A stretch of 64,000 nt of DNA, from NCBI GenBank assembly GCA_965213575.1, contig CBDBZN010000006.1, positions 1,698-65,697 of the forward strand. Direction: 5' to 3'. The translations under genes and the position numbers were made by a program. The stretch is from Chitinophagales bacterium. GTDB lineage: Bacteria; Bacteroidota; Bacteroidia; Chitinophagales; JAUHXS01. The notes under the pieces were generated by a model. The model ran no database searches, had not been told where the DNA came from, and saw only the letters and a list, made by a program, of their open reading frames with translations. Within the stretch, counting starts at the first letter, position 1; each line of letters opens with the position of its first letter. Below are positions 31,739 to 40,203 of the stretch, one piece after another.

Positions 31739-32395
31739 ATGAAAATACTATCTTTCATATTAATCGCTTCTCTTCTTGCTTGCGGACAAGCTAATACAAG
31801 TCCTATAGCAGAAAATAAGGATCCTCAAAAGTCAGCTAAAATAAATAGAGAAAATTTATCAGTAGCTACTTTTGCCGGAGGATGTTTTTGGTGTACAGAA
31901 GCTGTTTTTGAAAGAGTAAAAGGGGTAGAAGATGTAGTATCAGGCTATGCAGGTGGAGAGAAAAATAATCCAACATATGAAGAAGTCAGCCGAGGCAGGA
32001 CAAAATATGCAGAAGCAGTTCAAATTTATTATAATTCTGAAGTGATCACTTTTAAAGAATTATTTGAAATTTTTATGGGGACACATTATCCTACGCAAGT
32101 AGACGGACAAGGCCCTGATCATGGCAAACAATATCGGTCTGCTGCTTATTACAGAACTCAGGAAGAAGAAAAAATCATTCGCTCGTATATCGAGGAGTTA
32201 TCTAAATCCGAAAAATACAATGACCCAATCGTTACAGAGGTTGCCCCTTTTACTACTTTTTATGAAGCAGAAGATTATCATCAAAATTATTACGAAATAC
32301 ACCCTGATCAATCTTACATTATGAGTATTGCCGTTCCTAAAGTAGAAAAATTTAAAAAAAACTACTCTGAATGGGTAAAAGAGCAATATAAATAG
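31739..32395 (+). CDS. msrA: peptide methionine (S)-sulfoxide reductase MsrA, lipoprotein-type signal
   Basis: 218 aa. GGCFWC active-site motif. N-terminal LLAC lipobox. Confidence 0.85.
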   Translation: MKILSFILIASLLACGQANTSPIAENKDPQKSAKINRENLSVATFAGGCFWCTEAVFERVKGVEDVVSGYAGGEKNNPTYEEVSRGRTKYAEAVQIYYNSEVITFKELFEIFMGTHYPTQVDGQGPDHGKQYRSAAYYRTQEEEKIIRSYIEELSKSEKYNDPIVTEVAPFTTFYEAEDYHQNYYEIHPDQSYIMSIAVPKVEKFKKNYSEWVKEQYK

Positions 32396-32486
32396 TGGGT
32401 TAAGCTTGCCAAAATTTATAGTTCGACTACAGAGAAAATCACTGAGTATAGTTTCGAAGTTGTTTGCTTAACTTTTACGTTAAATA

Positions 32487-32797
32487 GGGAAATTCGCAAG
32501 TAAGAAAAATGAATGATATCAAGGTGTTCAATGAAACTTATAGGTGTAAATCACCCCGATTTTAATCAAAAAAGCCTAATATCAGGGTTATTTTTGCAAT
32601 GATTTCAAGGCTGATTTTTCTCGCAAACAATCTCAGAAATGCTACCCAAAACAGCAGAAACTCGCCACCTATTGGTGGCTTCATACATCTGATGTTTCTC
32701 TCCCTCCCAATTTCGAGATTGTAGTAGCTTGAAAAAAAGGCCGTTCCCTAAACTCAGAAATTTCTGAGTTTAAAACTGCGCTACTTGCGAATGTGCC
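32487..32797 (-). mobile_element. MITE-like non-autonomous element, copy A (TIRs plus 6-bp TSD)
   Basis: Reverse complement of 57990..58350. By hand alignment there are about 20 substitutions plus one 51-nt indel. Ends are GGGAAATTCGCAAGTAAG and CTACTTGCGAATGTGCC, which form imperfect 17-bp TIRs. Flanked by a perfect direct repeat TAAATA (32481..32486 and 32798..32803). Confidence 0.8.
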
Positions 32798-33711
32798 TAA
32801 ATATACTTTGCCTCTTTCAGCAAACTGAACAAATTGAAGCTATTTTCCTGCAGATTATCTTCAATTAATTTTTGTAGCGATGAGCGATCTATTTTGCTCA
32901 TTTTATGCCGTTGAATGATTTTCCAAGCTTTTTCTGTAAGCAAAATAGCTTGTTTATCATTCACTGCTTGGGATTTGGCATGAGCGTGTATTTGAGTAAT
33001 TAATTCATCTATTCCTTCTCCTGTGGTAGCTACTGTTTTAAGCACCGGCGGCTGCCAACTCTCCCAATGCTTATGAGCTACCATCGATCTTAAATTTTTC
33101 ACGAAAGTAGCTGCATTTTCTCGATCTGACTTATTTACTACAAAAATATCCCCAATTTCCATGACGCCTGCCTTCATAGTTTGTATCTCATCCCCTGCTT
33201 CGGGTACTAAAACAACAACACTAGTGTCGGCTACACCAGCAATTTCTACTTCTGATTGCCCTACACCTACTGTTTCAAGAAATACATAATCAAAGTCAGC
33301 AGCTTTTACAACCTCACAAATTTCTATGATTTTATCTGATAATCCTCCTAATGATTTTCTGGAAGCAACAGATCTTATATAAACGTTCGGATTGTTATAA
33401 TGTGTATTAAGCCTTACCCGATCACCCAATAAGGCTCCATAATTAAATGGAGAAGTGGGATCTACCGCTATCACAGCAATAGTTTTATTTTTTGAAGTTA
33501 AATGTTCTACTATTTTATTTAATAAAGAGCTTTTTCCTGCTCCGGGAGGACCGGTAATACCAATTATAGGTGTGCTATTAGAGGGAACATGTTGAAGCAA
33601 ATACTCCCAACCGGATGCTTCATTTTCAACAATAGAAATGGCTCTTGCCAAAGCTCGATAATTTTTTACTTTAATCTGATTTATGAGGACGGAGAGGTCA
33701 ATCTTTGCCAT
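32797..33711 (-). CDS. meaB: methylmalonyl-CoA mutase-associated GTPase MeaB/ArgK
   Basis: 304 aa. GITGPPGAGKSS P-loop, ETVGVGQSE and VVNKSD motifs. The TAG stop is composed of the element's terminal G plus TA of the target-site duplication. Confidence 0.85.
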   Translation of the reverse strand: MAKIDLSVLINQIKVKNYRALARAISIVENEASGWEYLLQHVPSNSTPIIGITGPPGAGKSSLLNKIVEHLTSKNKTIAVIAVDPTSPFNYGALLGDRVRLNTHYNNPNVYIRSVASRKSLGGLSDKIIEICEVVKAADFDYVFLETVGVGQSEVEIAGVADTSVVVLVPEAGDEIQTMKAGVMEIGDIFVVNKSDRENAATFVKNLRSMVAHKHWESWQPPVLKTVATTGEGIDELITQIHAHAKSQAVNDKQAILLTEKAWKIIQRHKMSKIDRSSLQKLIEDNLQENSFNLFSLLKEAKYI

Positions 33712-33723
33712 GAGGCGAAAAAC

Positions 33724-34020
33724 TTATGCTTCCAATTGGCTGATTTGAAGCCTGATAGATTTAATCAACTCAGGATTAACCTTCTTTTTAGCAACTTTTT
33801 GTCTCAGAAATTGTTTGAAAGATTTTTCAATATCAAGATATTCTAAACATTTGGGACATGCTTCCACATCTGCTAAAAGTTGTTTTTCTTGATCTTCGGT
33901 TAATTCTCCATCAATAGCTAACTTAACGGTATCTGCAATTTTTTGGCAATTATGCGTGCCATTCATACATTCTTGGTCTGCACCAAATAAATTTTTAATT
34001 ATACCCCAAATTTTTGGCAT
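33724..34020 (-). CDS. small zinc-finger (zf-HC2-like) anti-sigma factor
   Basis: 98 aa, overlapping the 3' end of the upstream ECF sigma gene by 26 nt. It carries the Cys/His cluster CMNGTHNC and the CPKC motif in the ...DGELTEDQ...ACPKCLEY arrangement typical of zf-HC2 anti-sigma factors. No TM segment. Confidence 0.55.
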   Translation of the reverse strand: MPKIWGIIKNLFGADQECMNGTHNCQKIADTVKLAIDGELTEDQEKQLLADVEACPKCLEYLDIEKSFKQFLRQKVAKKKVNPELIKSIRLQISQLEA

Positions 34021-34606
34021 ACCCTTTTAACTTTTCTTTTAATAAGTTCCTGGCCCTATGCAATCGCGATCTTACTGTACCAATAGGTATATCTACGATT
34101 TTCGCTATCTCTTCATAAGTAAATCCTTCAATATCACACAGCAAAATAACTAATCTGAAATCAGCGGGCAATTCGTTAATTGCTTTCGTGACTTCATCTC
34201 CAATAATCCCTTGAAATACATCTTGCCTAAAATCCACGCTGACGTCATTTGCTTTGGCTTCTTCAGAATCATGATAATTGATGACATCTTCAAAATCTGC
34301 TCGCGTAGGCTGTTTACTTTTCTTTCGATATTCATTTATAAAGCCGTTTTTCAGTATTCTAAACAACCACGCTTTTGCATTAGTTCCTTTCTCATACGAA
34401 TCGATAAACCGATAAGCTTTCATAAAAGTTTCTTGAACCAGGTCATGGGCACTTTCCTCTTCGTAAGTAAGATGATAAGCAAAATTGTATAAATCATCTG
34501 CTATAGGAAAAAATTCCTCTTCAAATAATTTATCTTTTTGATTTTTTGTATTAATCTTACTTGCCATCGATAACAAAGATAGTAAACCTTTACTTTGCGT
34601 GAGCAT
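33995..34606 (-). CDS. ECF-type RNA polymerase sigma factor
   Basis: Region 2 (DLVQETFMKAYRFIDSY...AWLFRILKN) and region 4 (YEEIAKIVDIPIGTVRSRLHRAR). An alternative start MASKIN at 34567 is possible. Confidence 0.8.
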   Translation of the reverse strand: MLTQSKGLLSLLSMASKINTKNQKDKLFEEEFFPIADDLYNFAYHLTYEEESAHDLVQETFMKAYRFIDSYEKGTNAKAWLFRILKNGFINEYRKKSKQPTRADFEDVINYHDSEEAKANDVSVDFRQDVFQGIIGDEVTKAINELPADFRLVILLCDIEGFTYEEIAKIVDIPIGTVRSRLHRARNLLKEKLKGYAKNLGYN

Positions 34607-34738
34607 AAACTTTCAAAACCCATAAAAAACTTTTATATAAAAAATCCCTAAACAATTGATTATCAATCAATATATTTATACAAATAATAAAGGCTTGACA
34701 TAATTATTTCTATATCTCATCGTTAAGATTGCCACCGT

Positions 34739-35983
34739 ATGTCGAATATTCATAGCTATATAAATAGACAGAACTCATTATTTATTTTTTGCTTTATAGT
34801 CATTATTGGACTTTTTGGCCATCGAGCGCTCATTAGCATCGGTACAATCGGTATTGTCACATTAGCCGTTATTAATCCACAATTTAAAACTACTATTAAA
34901 CGCTTTGTGCACAACCCTATAGCTTGGGCCTTAACAAGTATTTTTTTAATTTATCTGATAAGTGGCCTATATTCAGAAGATGTGGGGCTTTTCTTTACAA
35001 GGATCAAAACTAAAGTACCCTTTATTTTACTTCCATTTTCTTTTTTAATTATACATAAATTTTCACCTAAGAAGTTTTATGCATTCCTGTATCTATTCAT
35101 TATACTGGTTCTTATCTATTCTTCTGTAAGTATTATTTCATACTTACAAGCTATGCAAATGTTTAACAAAAGCTATTTATCGGCTGGCGTATTACCTACC
35201 CCAATTAATCATATCCGCTTTAGTTTAATGGTAGCTTTTGCTATCCTATGCGGTTGGTATGTATACTTTCGGAAAGTACATATATGGCATCATGCAGAAC
35301 GAATTATAATATTAAGCATCACCATTTTTTTATTTATATACATTCATCTGTTAGCTGTTCGAAGTGGTTTGTTGGCTTTATATTTAGCTATGACGCTTCA
35401 TTGCATTATGTACATCTTTAAGAGAAAAAAATATATTTCAGGCGCCGGATTATTAATCCTAATTGCAATACTTCCTTATTTATCCTATCAAATTATTCCG
35501 ACGTTTAGGAATAAAATTGACTATAGTTTATATGACTTGCATTTATATCAAAGCAAAAAATTAGAAGGGTCATTATCAGATACCCGTAGATTGCGATCCA
35601 TCGAAGGAGGTATAGCTATCGGCAAAAAAAACTTATTAGTAGGCTGTGGATTAGGCGATATTCAAGGGGAAATGAATAGCTTTTACAACCAAATATATCC
35701 TAACACTCCTGTACAAGACCGGTTACTACCACATAATCAATTTGTGCATATATTTGCAACAACGGGAGTAATTGGGCTTTTTGTTTTTTGCTCAGCTTTG
35801 TGTGTATTATTTTTTCATCGTACAGCGTTTAATTGTTTTCTTTGTTTATCTATCAATGTAATTATCTTTAGTTCTCTGTTTACTGAAGCCACCTTTGAAG
35901 TCCAGTTTGGGGTAACCTTTTACATATTATGCTTACTTTTAGGCTTGAATCAGCAAGGATTTTATTCCGCTATAGATGGATAA
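34739..35983 (+). CDS. O-antigen ligase/polymerase-like (Wzy_C) membrane protein
   Basis: 414 aa with at least 10 TM helices. Periplasmic-loop region ...RLRSIEGG...GCGLGD...PHNQFVHIFATTGVIG resembles the O-antigen ligase domain. Confidence 0.6.
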   Translation: MSNIHSYINRQNSLFIFCFIVIIGLFGHRALISIGTIGIVTLAVINPQFKTTIKRFVHNPIAWALTSIFLIYLISGLYSEDVGLFFTRIKTKVPFILLPFSFLIIHKFSPKKFYAFLYLFIILVLIYSSVSIISYLQAMQMFNKSYLSAGVLPTPINHIRFSLMVAFAILCGWYVYFRKVHIWHHAERIIILSITIFLFIYIHLLAVRSGLLALYLAMTLHCIMYIFKRKKYISGAGLLILIAILPYLSYQIIPTFRNKIDYSLYDLHLYQSKKLEGSLSDTRRLRSIEGGIAIGKKNLLVGCGLGDIQGEMNSFYNQIYPNTPVQDRLLPHNQFVHIFATTGVIGLFVFCSALCVLFFHRTAFNCFLCLSINVIIFSSLFTEATFEVQFGVTFYILCLLLGLNQQGFYSAIDG

Positions 35984-36734
35984 TTTATCAATAGTCATCA
36001 TCACATTAAATGAAGAGAAAAATATAGGCCGCTGTTTGGCATCTATTAAAGATCTGTCTGATGATATTATTATAGTTGATAGTTTTAGCACCGACCGTAC
36101 CAAAGCTATAGCAGAGCAATTTGAAAACGTACAATTTATTCAAAAAGAATGGCTTGGCTATGGCGCTACTAAAAACTTCGGCAACAGTTTAGCTAAAAAC
36201 AAATGGATTTTATCGCTTGATGCAGATGAAGAGATATCTACGCCTTTAGCCAATAAAATTGAAGCTTTCATCAGTAAGGGTAATGCTGATGCTTATCGTT
36301 TTTCTCGCTTAGTAAACTACTGTGGAAAATGGATCAAACACGGCAGCTGGTTTCCGGACCATCACATTCGATTGTTTAAAAAACATATTGCTAGGTGGGA
36401 TAATCAAGAAGTACATGAGCAATTGGTATTGAAAAAAGGTGCTAAAATACATACTTTAAAGAAAGTATATCTGCATCACTATACACATGATACCTTTGAG
36501 AGCCATCTTCAAACCGTTAATAAATACAGCACACTATCTGCTCTGAAAATGTTTCGATTAGGGAAGAAAGTTAATTTTATTAAATGCTACCTCGCTCCAA
36601 CGCATAAGTTTATAGTAGGTTATATTATTAGAGGAGGCTTTTTAGATGGTTTTGAAGGATATATGATCGCTAAAACTACTGCGTATGAGAGTTTTATAAA
36701 ATATGCGAAACTGAGGCAACTCAACAAAAAATGA
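35976..36734 (+). CDS. glycosyltransferase family 2 (LPS-core type)
   Basis: 252 aa. SIVIITLNEE...IIIVDSFSTDRT...LSLDADE motifs. Overlaps the upstream gene by 8 nt. Confidence 0.8.
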   Translation: MDNLSIVIITLNEEKNIGRCLASIKDLSDDIIIVDSFSTDRTKAIAEQFENVQFIQKEWLGYGATKNFGNSLAKNKWILSLDADEEISTPLANKIEAFISKGNADAYRFSRLVNYCGKWIKHGSWFPDHHIRLFKKHIARWDNQEVHEQLVLKKGAKIHTLKKVYLHHYTHDTFESHLQTVNKYSTLSALKMFRLGKKVNFIKCYLAPTHKFIVGYIIRGGFLDGFEGYMIAKTTAYESFIKYAKLRQLNKK

Positions 36735-36868
36735 GTATATTTTTTTTTAAAAAATTAGTACTTCCGCAATATTATTGGCCGGTTTTGTTACTGTTTATCA
36801 TCTCGTTCATTGGATTAAAATTTACACATTTAACCGATCCTTATTTTTGGGATGAACTAGAGGACTAA
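36731..36868 (+). pseudogene. possible 5' remnant of a GT-C (PMT_2/ArnT-like) glycosyltransferase gene
   Basis: 45-codon ORF (MSIFFFKKLVLPQYYWPVLLLFIISFIGLKFTHLTDPYFWDELED*) overlapping the GT2 stop (ATGA). One TM helix followed by a DE-containing loop, as at the N-terminus of GT-C enzymes. It ends 33 nt before a convergent gene. Too short for the ORF track. Confidence 0.3.
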
Positions 36869-36901
36869 TAGAGAAGAGGAGGAGGGAGATCTTAGATAAT
36901 G

Positions 36902-37354
36902 TTATTTTAATGTATTTCCACCTGATTTACTTCCGTTAATCCGTATCGTTTTTTCAGCTGTTACTTTATTAGTGATGGGAGAAAGATCAAAAGTCAATTC
37001 GTCTAAAACCATTTTCTTACAGTAATCATTTTTGGTGTTATGAACTAAGTTAAAATCAATAATACTATCTGACTGTTTGTTTTTTAGTATTTGTAAATCA
37101 AAGTCATGTTCTTTGCAGCCACCACCATATTGGACATTAATTTTAATTAAATCATTTTCTTCAACAGTAAAATCTACTACTCGAAAAGTATGCTGCTCGT
37201 TTGTAAACTCATCTACTAATAAAACCTTTTCATACTTTATAGGAGGATTACTGGAAGAGCTTTTATCATCCACCTTCCCCATGTCCTTGGAAGATTTGCA
37301 GCCAAAAGACAGCAGGATTATTACAAAAAATAGTGTCTTGAAACATATTTTCAT
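36902..37354 (-). CDS. lipoprotein of unknown function, adjacent to the protease gene
   Basis: 150 aa. Lipobox LSFGC. Conserved-looking QYGGGCKEHDFDL...DYC...FDL pattern. Its ATG directly abuts the stop of the upstream protease gene (37355). Confidence 0.6.
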   Translation of the reverse strand: MKICFKTLFFVIILLSFGCKSSKDMGKVDDKSSSSNPPIKYEKVLLVDEFTNEQHTFRVVDFTVEENDLIKINVQYGGGCKEHDFDLQILKNKQSDSIIDFNLVHNTKNDYCKKMVLDELTFDLSPITNKVTAEKTIRINGSKSGGNTLK

Positions 37355-38413
37355 TTAATTAACTATTTTAATAGTATTCAAAATACCTTCAGCAGAAGTA
37401 ATCGTAGCTAATTTAAAACCATTTGGGAGATTACTTATGTTAACTTTTCCCTTAATATTATTTAATGATTGAGAATAAACTACCTGACCATGCAAGTTAA
37501 AAATAGTTAAATTAAATTTTGGAGTAGATATAATATCCAGGATTAAATAATTGATTTCACCATCTATCGAATTATAGCTGAGATTAGCTTTTTGCATGTT
37601 CACATGCTGTCTTCCAACGGTCGTGATATCTATATAGTTTTTTATCCAATCAATATATTTACTAACTCTTGCATATACTCCCGGATAATCTGGATCACCA
37701 CATCCATTACCCCAGCTTGTAATACCGGCTAAAACCCAAGTTCCATCTTCATCAGCTATTAAAGGCCCGCCACTGTCACCTCCACAGGCATCTTCCCCCC
37801 CAGTGTCCACACCTGCACATAACATTTCCGGAAATATTTTACCATCATAACTAAGTGCATTATCACAGATAGAATTAGTAACAAATCGTACATCTACTTC
37901 TTGTAAAGTATCTGCAAAATTAAAGCCAATTGTATCTACAACGCCCCATCCTAATGTTTTACAAGCTCTTCCATGTGCACTAATAAGTGTATCCTCAGGT
38001 TGTGGCAAGCTGATTACTGGATGAATGATCGGCTCTTTTAGCTTTAATAAGCAAATATCATTTATAAATAAGCTATCATTATATAGGGGGTGCATAATAA
38101 TAGTATCAATCCCGACTCTTATAAGTGTAGAGTCAGGCTGAGTTAAAACCCATCCGTTTAGAAACACATCAACGAAACTTGTATCTTCTCCAGCCATGCA
38201 ATGAGCTGCTGTCAATACCCATTGGGGATGAATTAACATTGCTCCACAAAATTGCCCTTGATAGATATTAAGATCTTTATAGGCAAGACCGACCATCCAA
38301 GGGTAGGCATCTTTTTCAGCTGCATTCCCTCCAATAATTTGAGTATCTGCATCAGCAGAACAGAAGCATGTTATTAATAAAGTAGAGAAAACTAGTTTTT
38401 TAAAAATTTGCAT
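37355..38413 (-). CDS. trypsin-like serine protease (S1 family) with T9SS type A C-terminal domain
   Basis: 352 aa. Signal peptide, IIGG mature start, catalytic triad contexts TAAHC, DICLLKL and GDSGGPL. C-terminal ~80 aa (FNLTIFNLHGQVVYSQ...TIKIVN) look like a Por_Secre_tail. Confidence 0.85.
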   Translation of the reverse strand: MQIFKKLVFSTLLITCFCSADADTQIIGGNAAEKDAYPWMVGLAYKDLNIYQGQFCGAMLIHPQWVLTAAHCMAGEDTSFVDVFLNGWVLTQPDSTLIRVGIDTIIMHPLYNDSLFINDICLLKLKEPIIHPVISLPQPEDTLISAHGRACKTLGWGVVDTIGFNFADTLQEVDVRFVTNSICDNALSYDGKIFPEMLCAGVDTGGEDACGGDSGGPLIADEDGTWVLAGITSWGNGCGDPDYPGVYARVSKYIDWIKNYIDITTVGRQHVNMQKANLSYNSIDGEINYLILDIISTPKFNLTIFNLHGQVVYSQSLNNIKGKVNISNLPNGFKLATITSAEGILNTIKIVN

Positions 38414-38472
38414 GAGATAAATTTAAGGCTAATAATTATATGACGTTTTAAAATCTAAAATTGTTACAATAA

Positions 38473-38514
38473 ATTTCCCCTCAGCGTTTCTCGCAAAGAA
38501 CGCTGAGGGGAAAT
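38473..38514 (-). repeat. REP-like palindromic hairpin (variant of the RAYT-associated REP)
   Basis: ATTTCCCCTCAGCGTT-tctcgcaaag-AACGCTGAGGGGAAAT: a 16-bp perfect stem. It shares the CCCCTCAG arms and the TCTCGCA(A/G)AG loop with the REPs at 61773, 62409 and 62648. Intergenic, 5 nt after the stop of the 38520..40193 gene. Confidence 0.6.
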
Positions 38515-38519
38515 ACTAA

Positions 38520-40193
38520 CTACCGAATCAACAACCGATGAGAGGTTGGTTCTTGATTTTTGTATTCAATATAAATATTGTAAAGTCCCGGTGTTTGCTT
38601 GCCTAATGATATATTCAAGGTATTGCTCCCTTCATTCATCACTTTGTCCTCTACAAGGTTCTTCACCAACCTGCCTTCAATATCAATCAGCTTTACGTTG
38701 ACGATCTCTTGTTCTTCTAGTTGAACATCAAGTCGGAGGTTTCCGTCATGATAGGGGTTAGGTGAAATAACTACATTATCATTAGATTGGTTAGTTGCAA
38801 CCCTATAATCCGCAGCCTTGAAGGTAGTGTCTGCAATTGTATCTATTAAAGACTCAGGTTTTTCTCCTGTAATGAAATACTTTAAATATTCTGAGCCTCT
38901 GGATTTAATATTATTATCACAGAGATAGTCTAAAACAGGCTGCATAAGACGATCATTACCTAGAATAATTTGTTCAAGAGTCCCTTCTTCACAATACATT
39001 GCTTCGCTAGAAACATGGTATTCAATTTCATAATCTTTAGCATCCATTTCTACTAGTCCTGCTTTTTTCATAGACTGCGTACTGATAAGGTGCTTATCAA
39101 AAGAAACTTGCATTTTATCTTTATTTAAATTAAAACTTTTAATATATCTTTTAATTTTCTTCCAAGAGGTAGCTCCGATTATAATCGTATCAGTGGATAG
39201 GATAGGAAATACTTTACGATCTATTTCAAACTCACTCAACTTTTTAGTTACCTCTATCACACCTCCTTCACCGGGCGTAAACCTCGCTTTAAAAGTAATA
39301 TCGAAAATATAAGAAACATATTCCCCACTTGCAATTCCCTTTTGATATGGTAGGATTTTTAGAAACTCTAAACTCGGCTTAAACCAAAAAACCAAATCAT
39401 TCGGATAAGATAAATTTTTATTACCGCCGACTTTAATAGGTACCAAACCTTTGATGACTTTTTGAAAAGCAATCGGATCGTTATCATTTGAAGATACTTC
39501 ATAATTTAAAATTTGCTTTCCTGATTTATCCGTCACAAACATCGGGTAATAGTCTCGCTTTGAACTTGTAGAAGCATTCGCAGAAAACTGAGCGCCATAT
39601 TGTCCCCCGTTTATGAAGAATTTTAAATTGCCTAAGCCATCTATATCTTCATTATAGGAAATACCTTCATCAGTAACTTCTATTCCTATCTTTTTCAATT
39701 CTTTGTCACTCAACTCTATCAATTCTATATTACCATGAGTTTTTTCAGCCGGTTGATTAGAATTTTTTATAGACTTACTAGCTTTCTTCTCATTCTTAAC
39801 TTCTTTCTCATTAACTGGTGGATTGGTTCGTTTCTCAAGGGCAAACCAATCTAATAAGGTAACTTTTTTATTAAGGGTATTTGTTATGCCTAGGTCTACC
39901 TCTTTTAATTGAACCGGAGAAGTATTGATATTTATCTGTTCTTCCATTCTTTGCGTTTGATTAGGGGATTCTGAATTCCATAAAAGCACGCCTGCTGTAA
40001 TTAATCCTAGTGTAGTAATCATGATTATTATTTTTTTATTTGTTAAAAAATCATAGATCGATGAATCAGGCCTACGCTTTACGGTAGGATTATTTATTAA
40101 TTGATTAATCTCATCAATGGCTATTGGTGACTTCAACTCTTTTGCAGCGTCGAAATATTTTTGAATATCGTCATGTTGGTTTTTCTTAGACAT
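38520..40193 (-). CDS. membrane-anchored anti-sigma-like protein with T9SS-type C-terminal beta-sandwich
   Basis: 557 aa, starting 10 nt after the ECF sigma gene. About 55-aa cytoplasmic N-terminus, a single TM (IIIMITTLGLITAGVLLW) and a large external domain. The last ~85 aa (VVISPNPYHDGNLRLDV...LYNIYIEY...RLLIR) resemble a Por_Secre_tail. Confidence 0.5.
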   Translation of the reverse strand: MSKKNQHDDIQKYFDAAKELKSPIAIDEINQLINNPTVKRRPDSSIYDFLTNKKIIIMITTLGLITAGVLLWNSESPNQTQRMEEQININTSPVQLKEVDLGITNTLNKKVTLLDWFALEKRTNPPVNEKEVKNEKKASKSIKNSNQPAEKTHGNIELIELSDKELKKIGIEVTDEGISYNEDIDGLGNLKFFINGGQYGAQFSANASTSSKRDYYPMFVTDKSGKQILNYEVSSNDNDPIAFQKVIKGLVPIKVGGNKNLSYPNDLVFWFKPSLEFLKILPYQKGIASGEYVSYIFDITFKARFTPGEGGVIEVTKKLSEFEIDRKVFPILSTDTIIIGATSWKKIKRYIKSFNLNKDKMQVSFDKHLISTQSMKKAGLVEMDAKDYEIEYHVSSEAMYCEEGTLEQIILGNDRLMQPVLDYLCDNNIKSRGSEYLKYFITGEKPESLIDTIADTTFKAADYRVATNQSNDNVVISPNPYHDGNLRLDVQLEEQEIVNVKLIDIEGRLVKNLVEDKVMNEGSNTLNISLGKQTPGLYNIYIEYKNQEPTSHRLLIR

Positions 40194-40203
40194 GATGTAT
40201 ATT

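Noticed and set aside
32487-32797. The ~310-nt structured intergenic sequence could be a housekeeping RNA gene (tmRNA, RNase P RNA or 6S).
   Set aside because: It is present twice with TIRs and target-site duplications. It lacks a tRNA-like acceptor/T-arm end (tmRNA) and the conserved RNase P core motifs.
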